Positions 28,787 through 39,119 of a DNA stretch of 64,000 bases are shown here, piece by piece. Origin of the DNA: Pseudomonadales bacterium (GTDB lineage Bacteria > Pseudomonadota > Gammaproteobacteria > Pseudomonadales > CAWVSB01); NCBI GenBank assembly GCA_046710535.1, contig JBKEHH010000007.1, positions 32,639 to 96,638 on the forward strand, in the 5' to 3' direction. The notes beneath the pieces are model-generated. The model did no database searches, was not told the origin of the DNA, and saw only the letters and a list, made by a program, of their open reading frames with translations. A program made the translations under genes and the position numbers. Position 1 is the first letter of the stretch. Each line of letters begins with the position of its first letter.

Positions 28787-31441
28787 ATGGAAGAAGATAT
28801 AGATCCTATCGAAACGCAGGAGTGGCTTAGTGCCCTTGATTCTGTGTTACACAACGAAGGCAAAGGCCGCAGTGCTTTTTTATTGCAGCAACTGACTAAT
28901 AGAGCAGTTGATGAAGGTATAGAGTTACCTCCTGCGATTACCACGCCTTATCGCAATACCATTACCCCTGCTTACGAAAAACATATGCCAGGCGATTTAT
29001 TTATTGAGCGCAAAATCCGCTCGATGATTCGTTGGAATGCCCTGGCAATGGTGTCGCGAGCAAATAGCAACAATGAAGATAGCTTGGGTGGGCATATATC
29101 TAGCTTCGCCTCTAGCGCGACTCTTTATGATGTTGGCTTCAATTATTTTTTCCAGGGTGGTGATGGCGATAGACCTGCCGACTTAATTTATTACCAAGGG
29201 CATAGCGCACCTGGTATTTACGCGCGCTCGTTTCTAGAGGGCCGTATTGAAGAATCGCAACTAGATAATTTTCGGCGTGAAGTTGATGGCGATGGTTTAT
29301 CATCTTACCCCCACCCTTGGCTAATGCCTGATTATTGGCAATTCCCCACAGTATCTATGGGGCTAGGTCCAATTCAAGCGATCTATCATGCTCATGTGCA
29401 AAAGTATCAAACCACCCGTGGTTTAGTTGATAACACTGATCGAAATATTTGGTGTTTTTTAGGTGACGGAGAATGTGATGAGCCTGAATCCTTAGGCGCG
29501 ATTTCTTTAGCCGGTAGAGAGCAACTGGGTAATCTTATATTTGTGGTTAACTGTAATTTACAGCGTTTAGACGGACCTGTGCGTGGCAATGGAAAAATTG
29601 TACAAGAGCTTGAAGGCGCATTTCGTGGCGCTGGTTGGAATGTAATTAAGGTCCTATGGGGGCGCTTGTGGGATCCATTGTTAGAGCGTGACAAAACTGG
29701 TTTATTGCAAAAGCGCATGGACGAAGTGTGTGACGGCGAATTACAAAATTATAAAGCCAACGGCGGCGCTTATACTCGCGAGCATTTCTTTGGTAAATAC
29801 CCTGAGTTATTAGAACTCGTTAAAGATTTAAGCGATGACGACATTATGCGTTTGAATCGTGGTGGACATGATCCTTACAAGGTTTATGCGGCTTACGCCC
29901 AAGCGGTAGAAAGTACTGAACAGCCTACGGTTATCTTGGCTCAAACAGTAAAAGGCTATGGTATGGGAGCGGCTGGTGAGGCGCAAAATGAAACTCACTC
30001 GTTGAAAAAGCTAGATATAGAAAGTTTAAAGGATTTTAGAGACCGCTTTGACATTCCAATCAGCGATGATCAACTGCCAACTATGCCCTATTATCGCCCC
30101 GCGCCAGATAGCCCAGAAATGGTTTATATGCAGCGTAGCCGTCAGCGCTTAGGAGGCTATTTACCTAAGCGACAGGCCCATTCAATTAAGCTAGATACTC
30201 CGCCTTTAGATACATTTAAAGCGCAATTAAAAAGCAGCGGTAAGCGCGAACTATCAACTACCATGGCGTTTGTACGAATGCTGTCTACCTTGACTAAAGA
30301 CAAGGCTATTGGCGCGAGTATTGTGCCTATTGTGCCGGATGAAGCGCGCACCTTTGGTATGGAAGGCATGTTTCGCCAACTTGGAATCTACTCGTCGGTT
30401 GGGCAGCGCTACAAACCCCATGATTCTGACAATTTAATGTATTACAAAGAGGACCAACAAGGACAAATATTAGAAGAGGGGATTAACGAAGCGGGTGCAA
30501 CATCGGCATGGATTGCTTGTGCTACCTCTTACAGTGTTAGTAACTCGCCGTTGATTCCATTCTACATTTTCTATTCTATGTTTGGCTTTCAGCGAGTAAT
30601 GGACTTGCTTTGGGCGGCCGGTGACTCCCAAGCTCGAGGCTTTTTATTGGGTGCAACATCTGGCAGAACCACACTCAATGGAGAAGGCTTACAGCATCAA
30701 GATGGTCATAGTCATTTAATGGCACATATGATTCCTAACTGCGTGTCGTATGACCCTACTTATGCTTACGAGCTAGCCATCATTATTCAGCATGGCTTAA
30801 AACGTATGTATCAAGATGATGAAAATTGTTTTTATTACATTACTTTGATGAATGAAAATTGGCATCACCCTGAAATGCCCATCGGTTGTGAAGAGGGCGT
30901 TATTAATGGCATGTATAAATTAACTGCCGCAGCAGAAGGCGCTAAGCACACTGTTCAATTACTAGGTAGTGGTGCAATTTTAGGCGAGGTAATTGAAGCT
31001 GCAAAAATACTGCAAGACGATTACCACGTAGCTGCTGATATTTGGAGTATGACAAGTTTCACTCAACTTATTCGCGATGCGCAAGAATGCGACCGTTGGA
31101 ATCTATTACACCCAGAAGAGACTGCTAAGTCGCCATATATTACTCAGCAACTAGCTGTTGCTGACGGGCCTGTTATTGCCGCCTCCGATTATATAAAAAC
31201 GTCTCTGTCGCAGTTAGCAATGTACATTCCGCTTCACTATTCCGTGCTAGGGACTGATGGTTTTGGGCGCAGTGATACTCGCGCCAAGCTGCGTCACTTC
31301 TTTGAAGTGGATAGATATTTCATTGTTATCTCAAGTTTAAAAGCGTTGGCTGATGAGGGTGATATAGAGCCAGCGGTGGTTAGCCAAGCGATAGCTAAAT
31401 TCAATATAGACCCTAATAAAATTAGTCCCATGCGAGCGTAA
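28787..31441 (+). CDS. aceE: Pyruvate dehydrogenase E1 component (homodimeric type)
   Basis: 884 aa. Collinear with enterobacterial AceE (DPIETQEW..., GGHISS.AS, GDGE.DEPE, transketolase-like C-terminal half). Confidence 0.95.
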   Translation: MEEDIDPIETQEWLSALDSVLHNEGKGRSAFLLQQLTNRAVDEGIELPPAITTPYRNTITPAYEKHMPGDLFIERKIRSMIRWNALAMVSRANSNNEDSLGGHISSFASSATLYDVGFNYFFQGGDGDRPADLIYYQGHSAPGIYARSFLEGRIEESQLDNFRREVDGDGLSSYPHPWLMPDYWQFPTVSMGLGPIQAIYHAHVQKYQTTRGLVDNTDRNIWCFLGDGECDEPESLGAISLAGREQLGNLIFVVNCNLQRLDGPVRGNGKIVQELEGAFRGAGWNVIKVLWGRLWDPLLERDKTGLLQKRMDEVCDGELQNYKANGGAYTREHFFGKYPELLELVKDLSDDDIMRLNRGGHDPYKVYAAYAQAVESTEQPTVILAQTVKGYGMGAAGEAQNETHSLKKLDIESLKDFRDRFDIPISDDQLPTMPYYRPAPDSPEMVYMQRSRQRLGGYLPKRQAHSIKLDTPPLDTFKAQLKSSGKRELSTTMAFVRMLSTLTKDKAIGASIVPIVPDEARTFGMEGMFRQLGIYSSVGQRYKPHDSDNLMYYKEDQQGQILEEGINEAGATSAWIACATSYSVSNSPLIPFYIFYSMFGFQRVMDLLWAAGDSQARGFLLGATSGRTTLNGEGLQHQDGHSHLMAHMIPNCVSYDPTYAYELAIIIQHGLKRMYQDDENCFYYITLMNENWHHPEMPIGCEEGVINGMYKLTAAAEGAKHTVQLLGSGAILGEVIEAAKILQDDYHVAADIWSMTSFTQLIRDAQECDRWNLLHPEETAKSPYITQQLAVADGPVIAASDYIKTSLSQLAMYIPLHYSVLGTDGFGRSDTRAKLRHFFEVDRYFIVISSLKALADEGDIEPAVVSQAIAKFNIDPNKISPMRA

Positions 31442-31471
31442 TTGGCTTGTAGTTAACGAAAGGATGTTGAG

Positions 31472-33124
31472 GTGAGTATAGAGACCATAAAAGTACCTGA
31501 CATAGGTGGGGCAAGCGATGTCGACGTTATTGAAGTTAACGTTGCTGTCGGCGATATGGTTGATGTTGAGCAAACATTAATTGTGCTGGAGACCGACAAA
31601 GCATCAATGGAAATTCCTTGTCCGCAAGCAGGTAAAGTAATCGCGGTGTTAGTCAAAGAAGGTGATAAAATTGATGAAGGCGCAGCAATTATTGAACTAG
31701 AAACTGTTGGCACTGATGATGCAAAAGTTGCGCAAGATGATAGTGCAACCACTGAGCAAGATGATGGTGCAACCACTGAGCAAACTGAGATCCAAAGCGA
31801 GCAAGTACAGCAAGAGCAGATAGTTGAAAAAGAGCCAACAATAGATGATTCCCATAAAATTTTATTACCAGTAATTATTCCTGATATTAGCGGTGCAACT
31901 GATGTTGATGTAATCGAGGTTGCGGTTGCCGTTGGTTTTGAAGTGATTGAGGGCGATTCTTTAATCGTTTTAGAGACTGACAAAGCGTCGATGGAAATAC
32001 CTGCACCAAGTGCGGGTAAAGTCACTGAGTTACAGGTTAAAGAAGGTGATAAGGTTAACGAAGGCGATTCAATTTTGGTGCTAGAGGTAATGCAATCTAG
32101 TAATACACCGTCGCAACCAATAGCCACCACTGAACAGAAAACTAAAACTATTGAGTCCACAGCTATCGCTGCCTCCGGCAGTGATCTCGTGAAAGCTGAT
32201 GTTGAAACGATGACTTTAGAATCTTCCAGCGATGTTCACGCTGGACCTGCGGTAAGGAAAATTGCCAGAGAGTTCGGGGTTGAGCTTGCCAAAGTGCCCA
32301 GTAGTGGGCCTAAAGGGCGAGTAATAAAAGAAGATGTACAAAAATATGTTAAGGCCGCATTGGATAACCCCGCCGCTAGCGGTGGTAGTGCTATTCCACC
32401 AGTGCCAGCTGTAGATTTTGCTAAATTTGGTCCGATCCATACAGAGGAAATGTCTAAGATTGCCAAGCTCACCGCTACCAATATGCAGCGTTCTTGGTTA
32501 AATGTACCGCACGTTACTCAACGCGATGAGGTTGATATTTCCGATCTTGAAGACTTTAGAAAGTCAATCAAAGAGGAGACGGCCAAAGATGGCATCAAAG
32601 TTACGCCTATCGCATTTATTATTAAGGCCTGCGCTGTTGCGTTAACGCGCCATCCTAAATTGGCATCGTCGTTGTCTGCCGATGGGGCAAACATTATTTA
32701 TAAAGACTATATTCATATTGGTATGGCAGTTGCCACGCCCGCAGGGTTAGTTGTGCCAGTGATAAGAGATGCGAACAAAAAATCTATTTATCAGTTATCA
32801 AAAGATATTGCTGAGCTGGCGAAAAAAGCGAAAGATCGCAAGTTGATGCCGACTGATATGCAGGGTGGCTGCTTTACTATCTCAAGTTTAGGTAATATCG
32901 GCGGTACTGGTTTTACGCCAATCGTTAACACTCCAGAGGTGGCAATTTTAGGGGTGTCTAAGGTGGCAATTAAGCCAGTATGGGATGGCAGTGATTTTGT
33001 GCCACGCCAAATTTTGCCCTTGTCGTTGTCCTATGACCATCGTGTAATTAACGGCGTCGATGGCGGACAATTTATGGCAGAATTAAACGCTCTACTAGGC
33101 GATGTAAGGCGCCTGGTGTTGTAA
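31472..33124 (+). CDS. aceF: Dihydrolipoamide acetyltransferase E2 component, two lipoyl domains
   Basis: 550 aa. Two lipoyl domains (ETDKASMEIP twice), a peripheral subunit-binding domain (GPAVRKIAREFGV) and a catalytic domain with DHRVINGVDG. Confidence 0.93.
   Translation: MSIETIKVPDIGGASDVDVIEVNVAVGDMVDVEQTLIVLETDKASMEIPCPQAGKVIAVLVKEGDKIDEGAAIIELETVGTDDAKVAQDDSATTEQDDGATTEQTEIQSEQVQQEQIVEKEPTIDDSHKILLPVIIPDISGATDVDVIEVAVAVGFEVIEGDSLIVLETDKASMEIPAPSAGKVTELQVKEGDKVNEGDSILVLEVMQSSNTPSQPIATTEQKTKTIESTAIAASGSDLVKADVETMTLESSSDVHAGPAVRKIAREFGVELAKVPSSGPKGRVIKEDVQKYVKAALDNPAASGGSAIPPVPAVDFAKFGPIHTEEMSKIAKLTATNMQRSWLNVPHVTQRDEVDISDLEDFRKSIKEETAKDGIKVTPIAFIIKACAVALTRHPKLASSLSADGANIIYKDYIHIGMAVATPAGLVVPVIRDANKKSIYQLSKDIAELAKKAKDRKLMPTDMQGGCFTISSLGNIGGTGFTPIVNTPEVAILGVSKVAIKPVWDGSDFVPRQILPLSLSYDHRVINGVDGGQFMAELNALLGDVRRLVL
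31733..31780 (+). repeat. 24-bp tandem duplication (2 copies, 1 mismatch) in the AceF inter-domain linker
   Basis: CAAGATGATAGTGCAACCACTGAG / CAAGATGATGGTGCAACCACTGAG, encoding QDDSATTE QDDGATTE. Confidence 0.8.
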
Positions 33125-33161
33125 GCGGCAAATAGTTGCCGCGCTGATACTTGGATTAGTT

Positions 33162-33965
33162 ATGAGCGGTAACATTAAGTTAGCGATAAATGACGGCGTA
33201 GCGCTGATCACCTTCGATCGCAGCGATTCTTTTAATACCTTTACTCACTCTATGATGACTGAGCTTGGTGATGCTTATCAACAATGCGATAGCAATGACG
33301 AAGTGCGAGTCATTGTTACTACCGGAGCTGGTAAAGCCTACTGCGCGGGGGCAGATTTAAGTCAAGGCGCTGCCACCTTTGATACTCAGGATGATATGAC
33401 TTTTAGCTCTTGTCCATTGTCGTTTCAAGCTTGGCAAGTGCGTAAGCCAGTTATCGCAGCCTGTAATGGTCATGCTGTTGGAGTTGGTTTAGGCATTGCG
33501 ATGCAAAGCGATATCAGGTTTTTTGCTGAGCAAGGAAAATATGGGTTTGTGCAAGCACGCCGTGGCGTTGTTGCAGATTTTGGCGTGCATCACATTTTAC
33601 CTCGTCTGGTAGGTACTGAAATTGCATTAGAAATGATTCTATCTGCTCGTCGTTATAGCGGACTCGAAGCAGTAGCTCTTGGTTTAGCTCGGCAAGCGTT
33701 GCCATCTGAGCAGGTGCTAGCGGCTGCTATGGCCTTGGCCGCAGAGATAGCTGAGCAATGCTCACCCTTGGTAACCGGTATGGCTAAAAAGCTGATATGG
33801 GATGGATTGGGCCAATCTTTAGATCAGGCTATAAATGCTGAGACGAAGGCCCTCCATTACTCTATGGGACGCGTTGATGCTATTGAAGGTGTTAGCGCCT
33901 ATATTGAAAAGCGTTTGCCCCATTGGCAGGGAAACATTGGTAAAGACTGGCCTGAGTGGTTATAA
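33162..33965 (+). CDS. Enoyl-CoA hydratase/isomerase family protein
   Basis: 267 aa. Crotonase motifs YCAGADL and NGHAVGVGLGIAMQSD. Confidence 0.85.
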   Translation: MSGNIKLAINDGVALITFDRSDSFNTFTHSMMTELGDAYQQCDSNDEVRVIVTTGAGKAYCAGADLSQGAATFDTQDDMTFSSCPLSFQAWQVRKPVIAACNGHAVGVGLGIAMQSDIRFFAEQGKYGFVQARRGVVADFGVHHILPRLVGTEIALEMILSARRYSGLEAVALGLARQALPSEQVLAAAMALAAEIAEQCSPLVTGMAKKLIWDGLGQSLDQAINAETKALHYSMGRVDAIEGVSAYIEKRLPHWQGNIGKDWPEWL

Positions 33966-34044
33966 AATAAACGATTTTTTTGTCCTTATTAGAATCTATC
34001 TTCTAGTCTAATTGGCTATAATTTTTATTTTTGGAATCAGCCTT

Positions 34045-35343
34045 ATGGCACCGCGCAAATTATCACCTCTTTCTGGAGAGTCATCATTGACTAAAGCTTC
34101 GCTAGGCCTAAAAGGCGGTATGCGGATGGCTCAAACCTTAGGCAAGGTTTATCCGCAGGCGTTAAAGCTGTTGCTAGGCTGGCGCAAGCCGACAGCCAAA
34201 GAAGTACGCGAGTTATTTGAATCTTTAGGTGTAACCTATATAAAGTTTGGTCAGCTTATTGCTAGCTCGCCATCTATTTTCCCTAAAGAATATGTCGATG
34301 AATTTCAAACCTGCTTAGACCAAACAACGTCGGTGCCGTTTTATCAGATCAGAGAGATTGTTGAGGCAGAGTTAGGCAAGCCTTTGGATGCAGTGTATTC
34401 GTCGTTTGAATATAAGCCATTAGCCTCAGCCTCTATTGCGCAAGTGCATGCGGCAACCTTAATAACTGGCGAAGATGTAGTCGTTAAAGTACAAAAGCCT
34501 GGCGTCGAGACCATTGTGACAACGGATATGAATGCGGTATTTCTAATGACCCGCTTAATGGAAATTATTGTTCCAAAAATGGATAAAGATTCGATTAGCG
34601 GCTTGGTGTCTGAGCTGTATCAAGCGATGATTGATGAATGCGATTTCGAAAAAGAGGCGAATAACCTCCGTCAGTTTGATGCATTTTTAACCCGCACGGG
34701 AAATCCGTATGTGATTGTACCTAAACCTTATGCCAAGGCGACTAGCAAGCGGGTATTAACGATGGAGCGTTTATATGGGGTGGCATTAACCAACGATGAT
34801 GCACTTAAAAAATGTAAGTCTGATCCAGCGGCGTCGCTATTTAATGCACTCAACACTTGGTTTGCAAGCCTGGATCAATGTGATTTTTTCCATGCAGATT
34901 TACATAGTGGTAATATTTTATTACTCGATGATGGTCGCATTGGTTTTATTGATTTTGGTATGGTGGGGCGTATACCGCCCAAAGCATGGAAGGCGATGAC
35001 CGAGTTTTTTGCTGCAATTAGCAATCAGGATTACAAGCTAATGGCAGAGTCGATGGTAGCGGTAGGAATGACTAAAATCGATGTCAACATTACTGCTTTG
35101 GCCAGTGACATAGAGAATTTGTTCGCGCCACAATTTGAAATGATGAATGAGAACAGTGGACCAAGTGACGATGTTGAGAAACTACTCAGTGAGCTTGGTG
35201 CAGTTGCTAATAACTACGGTATTCGGTTTCCGCGGGCATTTACTTTAGTAGTTAAACAGTTTTTATATTTTGACCGATATATGCAAATACTAGCCCCTGG
35301 GCACAATGTTTTTAATGATGACAGGATTGATTTGTTACAGTAA
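34045..35343 (+). CDS. ABC1/UbiB-family atypical protein kinase (soluble, about 430 aa)
   Basis: ABC1 motifs YIKFGQLIASSP, ASIAQVH.A and HADLHSGNIL..DGRIGFIDFG. The track ORF starts at TTG 34012. ATG 34045 is more plausible. Confidence 0.8.
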   Translation: MAPRKLSPLSGESSLTKASLGLKGGMRMAQTLGKVYPQALKLLLGWRKPTAKEVRELFESLGVTYIKFGQLIASSPSIFPKEYVDEFQTCLDQTTSVPFYQIREIVEAELGKPLDAVYSSFEYKPLASASIAQVHAATLITGEDVVVKVQKPGVETIVTTDMNAVFLMTRLMEIIVPKMDKDSISGLVSELYQAMIDECDFEKEANNLRQFDAFLTRTGNPYVIVPKPYAKATSKRVLTMERLYGVALTNDDALKKCKSDPAASLFNALNTWFASLDQCDFFHADLHSGNILLLDDGRIGFIDFGMVGRIPPKAWKAMTEFFAAISNQDYKLMAESMVAVGMTKIDVNITALASDIENLFAPQFEMMNENSGPSDDVEKLLSELGAVANNYGIRFPRAFTLVVKQFLYFDRYMQILAPGHNVFNDDRIDLLQ

Positions 35344-35439
35344 TCTTAAATTATTAGTTTGTTAAGTGGCTGGGTTAACTCGGCTTTTTATTGTTAGTCA
35401 TAAATAGTATTTGCCTTGCGCAATTTACAGGATAATCAT

Positions 35440-36108
35440 ATGTTAAAGCTCTACGGTTTTGCCTCTAGTAATTACTTCAATATAGTTAAGCACGCTTTGC
35501 TGTACAAAGAGATTGGGTTCGAAGAGGTGAAAAGTTATCCCGGCGCTAGCGCTGAGTATTTGCAAAAAAGCCCGCTAGGTAAAGTACCTTGTATAGAAAC
35601 GGAACATGGTTTTTTATCGGAAACAACGGCGATACTTGATTACTTGGAAGAGACTTACCCACAAAAGCCACTCTATCCAACGGATGCTTTTGCTAAAGCC
35701 AAAGTTAAAGAGCTGATGAAAATAGGTGAGCTCTATTTAGAGCTGTCGGCCAGAACTTTACTACCTGCTGTGTTAATGCGTTTTGACAGCACTGATGAGC
35801 AAAAACGCGATGCCAAATTCGTATTAAACAAGGGTGTCAAAGCTATGTCTCAAATAGCCAGCTTTAACCCATATATTGCTGGCAGCGAGATGACAATGGC
35901 GGATATTTATATGCGCCAAGTGATGTCGGTAACCGCCATGGTTTGCCGCAGCGCTTTTAAATGGGATATAGCGGCTGATATTACAACCATGCCAGCATGG
36001 CTTGCGATGATGAATGAAATGGCTATCAGCCAACAGATAGATGCTGACAAAGCAGAAGATTTACCAGTATTTGGTGCTCATATGATGGCGTTAGCTAAAA
36101 GCAAGTAG
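35440..36108 (+). CDS. Glutathione S-transferase family protein
   Basis: About 222 aa from ATG 35440 (AGGA 7 nt upstream). Thioredoxin-like N-terminal domain (KLYGF.SSNYFN..., [10 protein letters not shown]) and a helical C-terminal domain. Confidence 0.8.
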   Translation: MLKLYGFASSNYFNIVKHALLYKEIGFEEVKSYPGASAEYLQKSPLGKVPCIETEHGFLSETTAILDYLEETYPQKPLYPTDAFAKAKVKELMKIGELYLELSARTLLPAVLMRFDSTDEQKRDAKFVLNKGVKAMSQIASFNPYIAGSEMTMADIYMRQVMSVTAMVCRSAFKWDIAADITTMPAWLAMMNEMAISQQIDADKAEDLPVFGAHMMALAKSK

Positions 36109-36113
36109 CGCGG

Positions 36114-36761
36114 TTAAACGCTTTGCCCATGCAGGTTTTTATTGGCCAAAATTTCCACCCCGGTATTGTCATTGTTGGCCGCTCTGATGAGCGCGCCAGC
36201 CACATCAGCCCCTTGTACTGATCTAATCGCTTTTGGCATTAGTGGAGTGACAATACTAAATACTGACTCCCCAAGGCGAAATTCGTCTCTGTTGCCAAGT
36301 AGCAGAGAGGGCTGGGCTATTGCAACATGTTGATAGTTGCTTTGTTTTAAAAAGTTTTCGACGGCGCCCTTATAATGAGAGTATTTAGACAGCGAACCTT
36401 CTTTTGCCCCTATAGCCGATACTAGGCCATAAAAACTCGCAGCAGCGGTTAAGCCTGCCTTGGCCAAATTAATTGGATATTCCATGTCAATTTTTTGATA
36501 CATGGACTTAGAAGGGGTCTTCTTAGCGGTTGTACCTAAAGCGCAGTAAACCTCATCAATTTTGTACTCGGCTAACTCTTGCTCCAACTGGTCAAAGTCA
36601 ATAACCATGACGCTAACCTTTTTATCATCGGCCCAGTCGGCAGATAGCTGGCTGCGACATAAGGCGATAACCTTGTCATAGCTTGAATGACTGCAAAGCT
36701 GGCGCACTATGTGCCCGCCAACAAGCCCTGTACTGCCTGCTACTAATGCTGTTTTTCCCAT
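36114..36761 (-). CDS. NAD(P)H-binding atypical SDR (NmrA/semialdehyde dehydrogenase-like)
   Basis: 215 aa. N-terminal GSTGLVGGH Rossmann motif. Confidence 0.75.
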   Translation of the reverse strand: MGKTALVAGSTGLVGGHIVRQLCSHSSYDKVIALCRSQLSADWADDKKVSVMVIDFDQLEQELAEYKIDEVYCALGTTAKKTPSKSMYQKIDMEYPINLAKAGLTAAASFYGLVSAIGAKEGSLSKYSHYKGAVENFLKQSNYQHVAIAQPSLLLGNRDEFRLGESVFSIVTPLMPKAIRSVQGADVAGALIRAANNDNTGVEILANKNLHGQSV

Positions 36762-36862
36762 TGTCGTTCTGCCTCATTGAATATGTATCGATTATAGCTA
36801 GTTAGCGGTGTTAAAACAGTTGCTTGGCTAGTAAAATTGTAAGTTCATGTTAAGAGCAGCAT

Positions 36863-38239
36863 ATGAAAGAAAAGCTAACTAGGATAAAAAGTAAACGACT
36901 TGAACGTCGTCTGTCGGTATCTATTGCTGGGCTCAGAGCCGGCGGGGCGATTGCTTTAGGTCGCTCCACTGACTGGCTATTGAAAGCCGACGAGCGCAAA
37001 AGTAAGCGTAAAGTTGTGCTTGCCAAAGAAGCCAAGCGCTTTGCCAGTGAGTTAGGCAAGCTCAAAGGAAGTTATGTCAAAATTGGCCAAATGTTGGCGC
37101 TGTTTGGCGAGCATTTATTACCTAAAGAATTGACCGCAGCGCTCCATGAGTTAGAGCATCAAACTGTGGCTCTAGACTGGCCTATTATTGAAACAGCTCT
37201 GACGGAAGAGTTGGGTGATATTTTAGGTGAGCTAATGATTGAACCAGAGCCTTTGGCTTGCGCATCGATTGGTCAGGTTCATCGCGCTAAAATCATTGCT
37301 ACCGGTGAAGAAATTTGCCTCAAGGTTCAGTATCCCGGCGTCGAGGAAACCATCGACTCTGATTTCTCCGATGTGGTGGCGATGCTTAAATTGGCGAATT
37401 GGCTGAAAACTAGCCGTAATTTAGATTTATTACTGGAAGATATTCGCAAGCTATTACATGAAGAAACTGACTATCAGCGCGAAGCAGTGATGACAGTCAA
37501 TATGGCTAATTTACTTAAAGGCGATAAGCGCTTCCAAGTGCCGGCAGTGCATCAGCGCTTCAGTACCAAGAAAATTATCGCTTTAGAGTTTATTGAAGGC
37601 TTTGAGGTGACTGCTAGCAATGTACAAGAACTGCCATTGGCTAGGCGTAACAAGTTAGCCAAAGCTATGCTCGACCTGTTGATGAAAGAAATATTTGAAT
37701 GGGGGGTGTTGCAAACAGATCCCAATTTCGGCAATTATCGTATTAAGAGTTCAAGTAAAAGTGACAAGTTGGTATTGCTAGACTTTGGCGCAGTAAGAGC
37801 GTTTGATAATTCATTTTTAAACCCTTTGCGTGCCACAATTACTGGTGCCTATCACAACGATAAAGCGGCAGTAGTGCAGGGTGTTATCGATTTAAAATGT
37901 ATTGATGGATGCCACCCTAAAAGTGTGCAGGAGTCATTTGCAGAATTTTGCATGGGTTTGCTTGAGCCACTGCGAGAGGATTTTGATGGTGTCAGTTCGG
38001 ACTGGATTAACGAGCAGGGTGAATATTGCTGGGCTAAGTCGACATTAATTAGGCGCGCTGCCAAGCAAGCAGCTAAGTCGTCATTTAGCCTTCACTTTAC
38101 CGTTCCACCGCAAGAGTTTGCATTAATTGCCCGTAAGCTTACTGGCGTTTTCACTTTTATAGTGGTGCTCGATGCCGAATTTAATGGCCACGATATTCTT
38201 AAAAGTTATGTAGATAATTGGGAGCAAAATTCCTACTAG
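36863..38239 (+). CDS. ABC1/UbiB-family atypical protein kinase, second paralogue
   Basis: 458 aa. Motifs YVKIGQMLALF, ASIGQVHRA and QTDPNFGNY......LVLLDFG. Confidence 0.8.
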   Translation: MKEKLTRIKSKRLERRLSVSIAGLRAGGAIALGRSTDWLLKADERKSKRKVVLAKEAKRFASELGKLKGSYVKIGQMLALFGEHLLPKELTAALHELEHQTVALDWPIIETALTEELGDILGELMIEPEPLACASIGQVHRAKIIATGEEICLKVQYPGVEETIDSDFSDVVAMLKLANWLKTSRNLDLLLEDIRKLLHEETDYQREAVMTVNMANLLKGDKRFQVPAVHQRFSTKKIIALEFIEGFEVTASNVQELPLARRNKLAKAMLDLLMKEIFEWGVLQTDPNFGNYRIKSSSKSDKLVLLDFGAVRAFDNSFLNPLRATITGAYHNDKAAVVQGVIDLKCIDGCHPKSVQESFAEFCMGLLEPLREDFDGVSSDWINEQGEYCWAKSTLIRRAAKQAAKSSFSLHFTVPPQEFALIARKLTGVFTFIVVLDAEFNGHDILKSYVDNWEQNSY

Positions 38240-38294
38240 TCGAACTATTTAGCGTTAATAAGCTCTAATTGAAAAATAATATCAGACCAAGCCA

Positions 38295-39029
38295 ATGATT
38301 TTTCGCTTATGTGCTGTCAGTCTACTGCTGTTACTTAGCGCTGTTACTTATAGTGTTGAGTTTAAAAGTGGCGATAAGCAAGTTCAACTAATTGAGCTAT
38401 ATACCTCTGAGGGTTGCAGTAGTTGCCCTCCAGCAGATAATTTTTTAACTACGTTTTTAGATGATCCTACTTTATGGCACAGTCGAATACCGATAGCCAT
38501 TCATGTCGATTACTGGGACTACATCGGTTGGCAGGATCGCTTTGCTTCAAAAGAAAACTCTGCACGCCAGCGACTACATGCGCAACAAGGCAATGTATCT
38601 CAGGTCTATACGCCGGGTTTTATTGTCTCTGGTGAAGAATGGCGCAGCTGGTTTTTAGGTGATAGAACAATTCCGACCTCGCGCGCTTAACCTGGAGAAT
38701 TACTGTTAAGCGTTGATGATAAATCGTTTAATGCCAGTTTCTCTCCCATTAAAAATGTTGGCAGTAAATTAGAACTGCATCTGGCACTGCTCGGTTTCGG
38801 TCTGGTTAATGACATAGACGCTGGCGAAAATCACGGCCGCAAGCTCGCGCATAACTTTGTTAAATTAAGCGAAACCGTTGTTATTAGTCGAGACCAATCA
38901 TGGCAGGGTGAATTGCCAAGCATTCCACAAAATATGCAAGATTATAAGCAATTGGCAGTGGTTGCTTGGGTCAACAGCGTAAAAAATATTAAATCAATAC
39001 AGGCAACTGGTGGCTGGCTAGAAAACTAA
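38295..39029 (+). pseudogene. DUF1223 (thioredoxin-like CxxC) secreted protein gene interrupted by an in-frame TAA (38688..38690)
   Basis: The track lists only 38295..38690 (ELYTSEGCSSCPPAD motif). The same frame continues after TAA for 112 codons (PGELLLSVDD...DAGENHGRKLAHNFVKL...GGWLEN*) to 39029. That gives the usual DUF1223 length of about 244 codons. Confidence 0.75.
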
Positions 39030-39119
39030 GCTCCCCATGACGCTAAGTTAGCGTTTTGATCTTGTGCTGATGGGTGTTGTTTTGTATGTTGTAGCATTGA
39101 AATTCATCCGGAGAAAACT

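Noticed and set aside
31453-32160. 235-aa minus-strand ORF (Ser/Thr/Cys/Ile-rich) antisense to aceF
   Set aside because: It lies entirely within the well-supported aceF coding region. Its composition is the low-complexity mirror of the lipoyl-domain and linker codons. No motif or start context. It is a shadow ORF.
33125-33142. Hairpin GCGGCAA-ATAG-TTGCCGC after aceF as a terminator
   Set aside because: The stem is perfect but only 7 bp and has no following T tract. I do not call it a terminator and mention it only as a possible attenuating structure.
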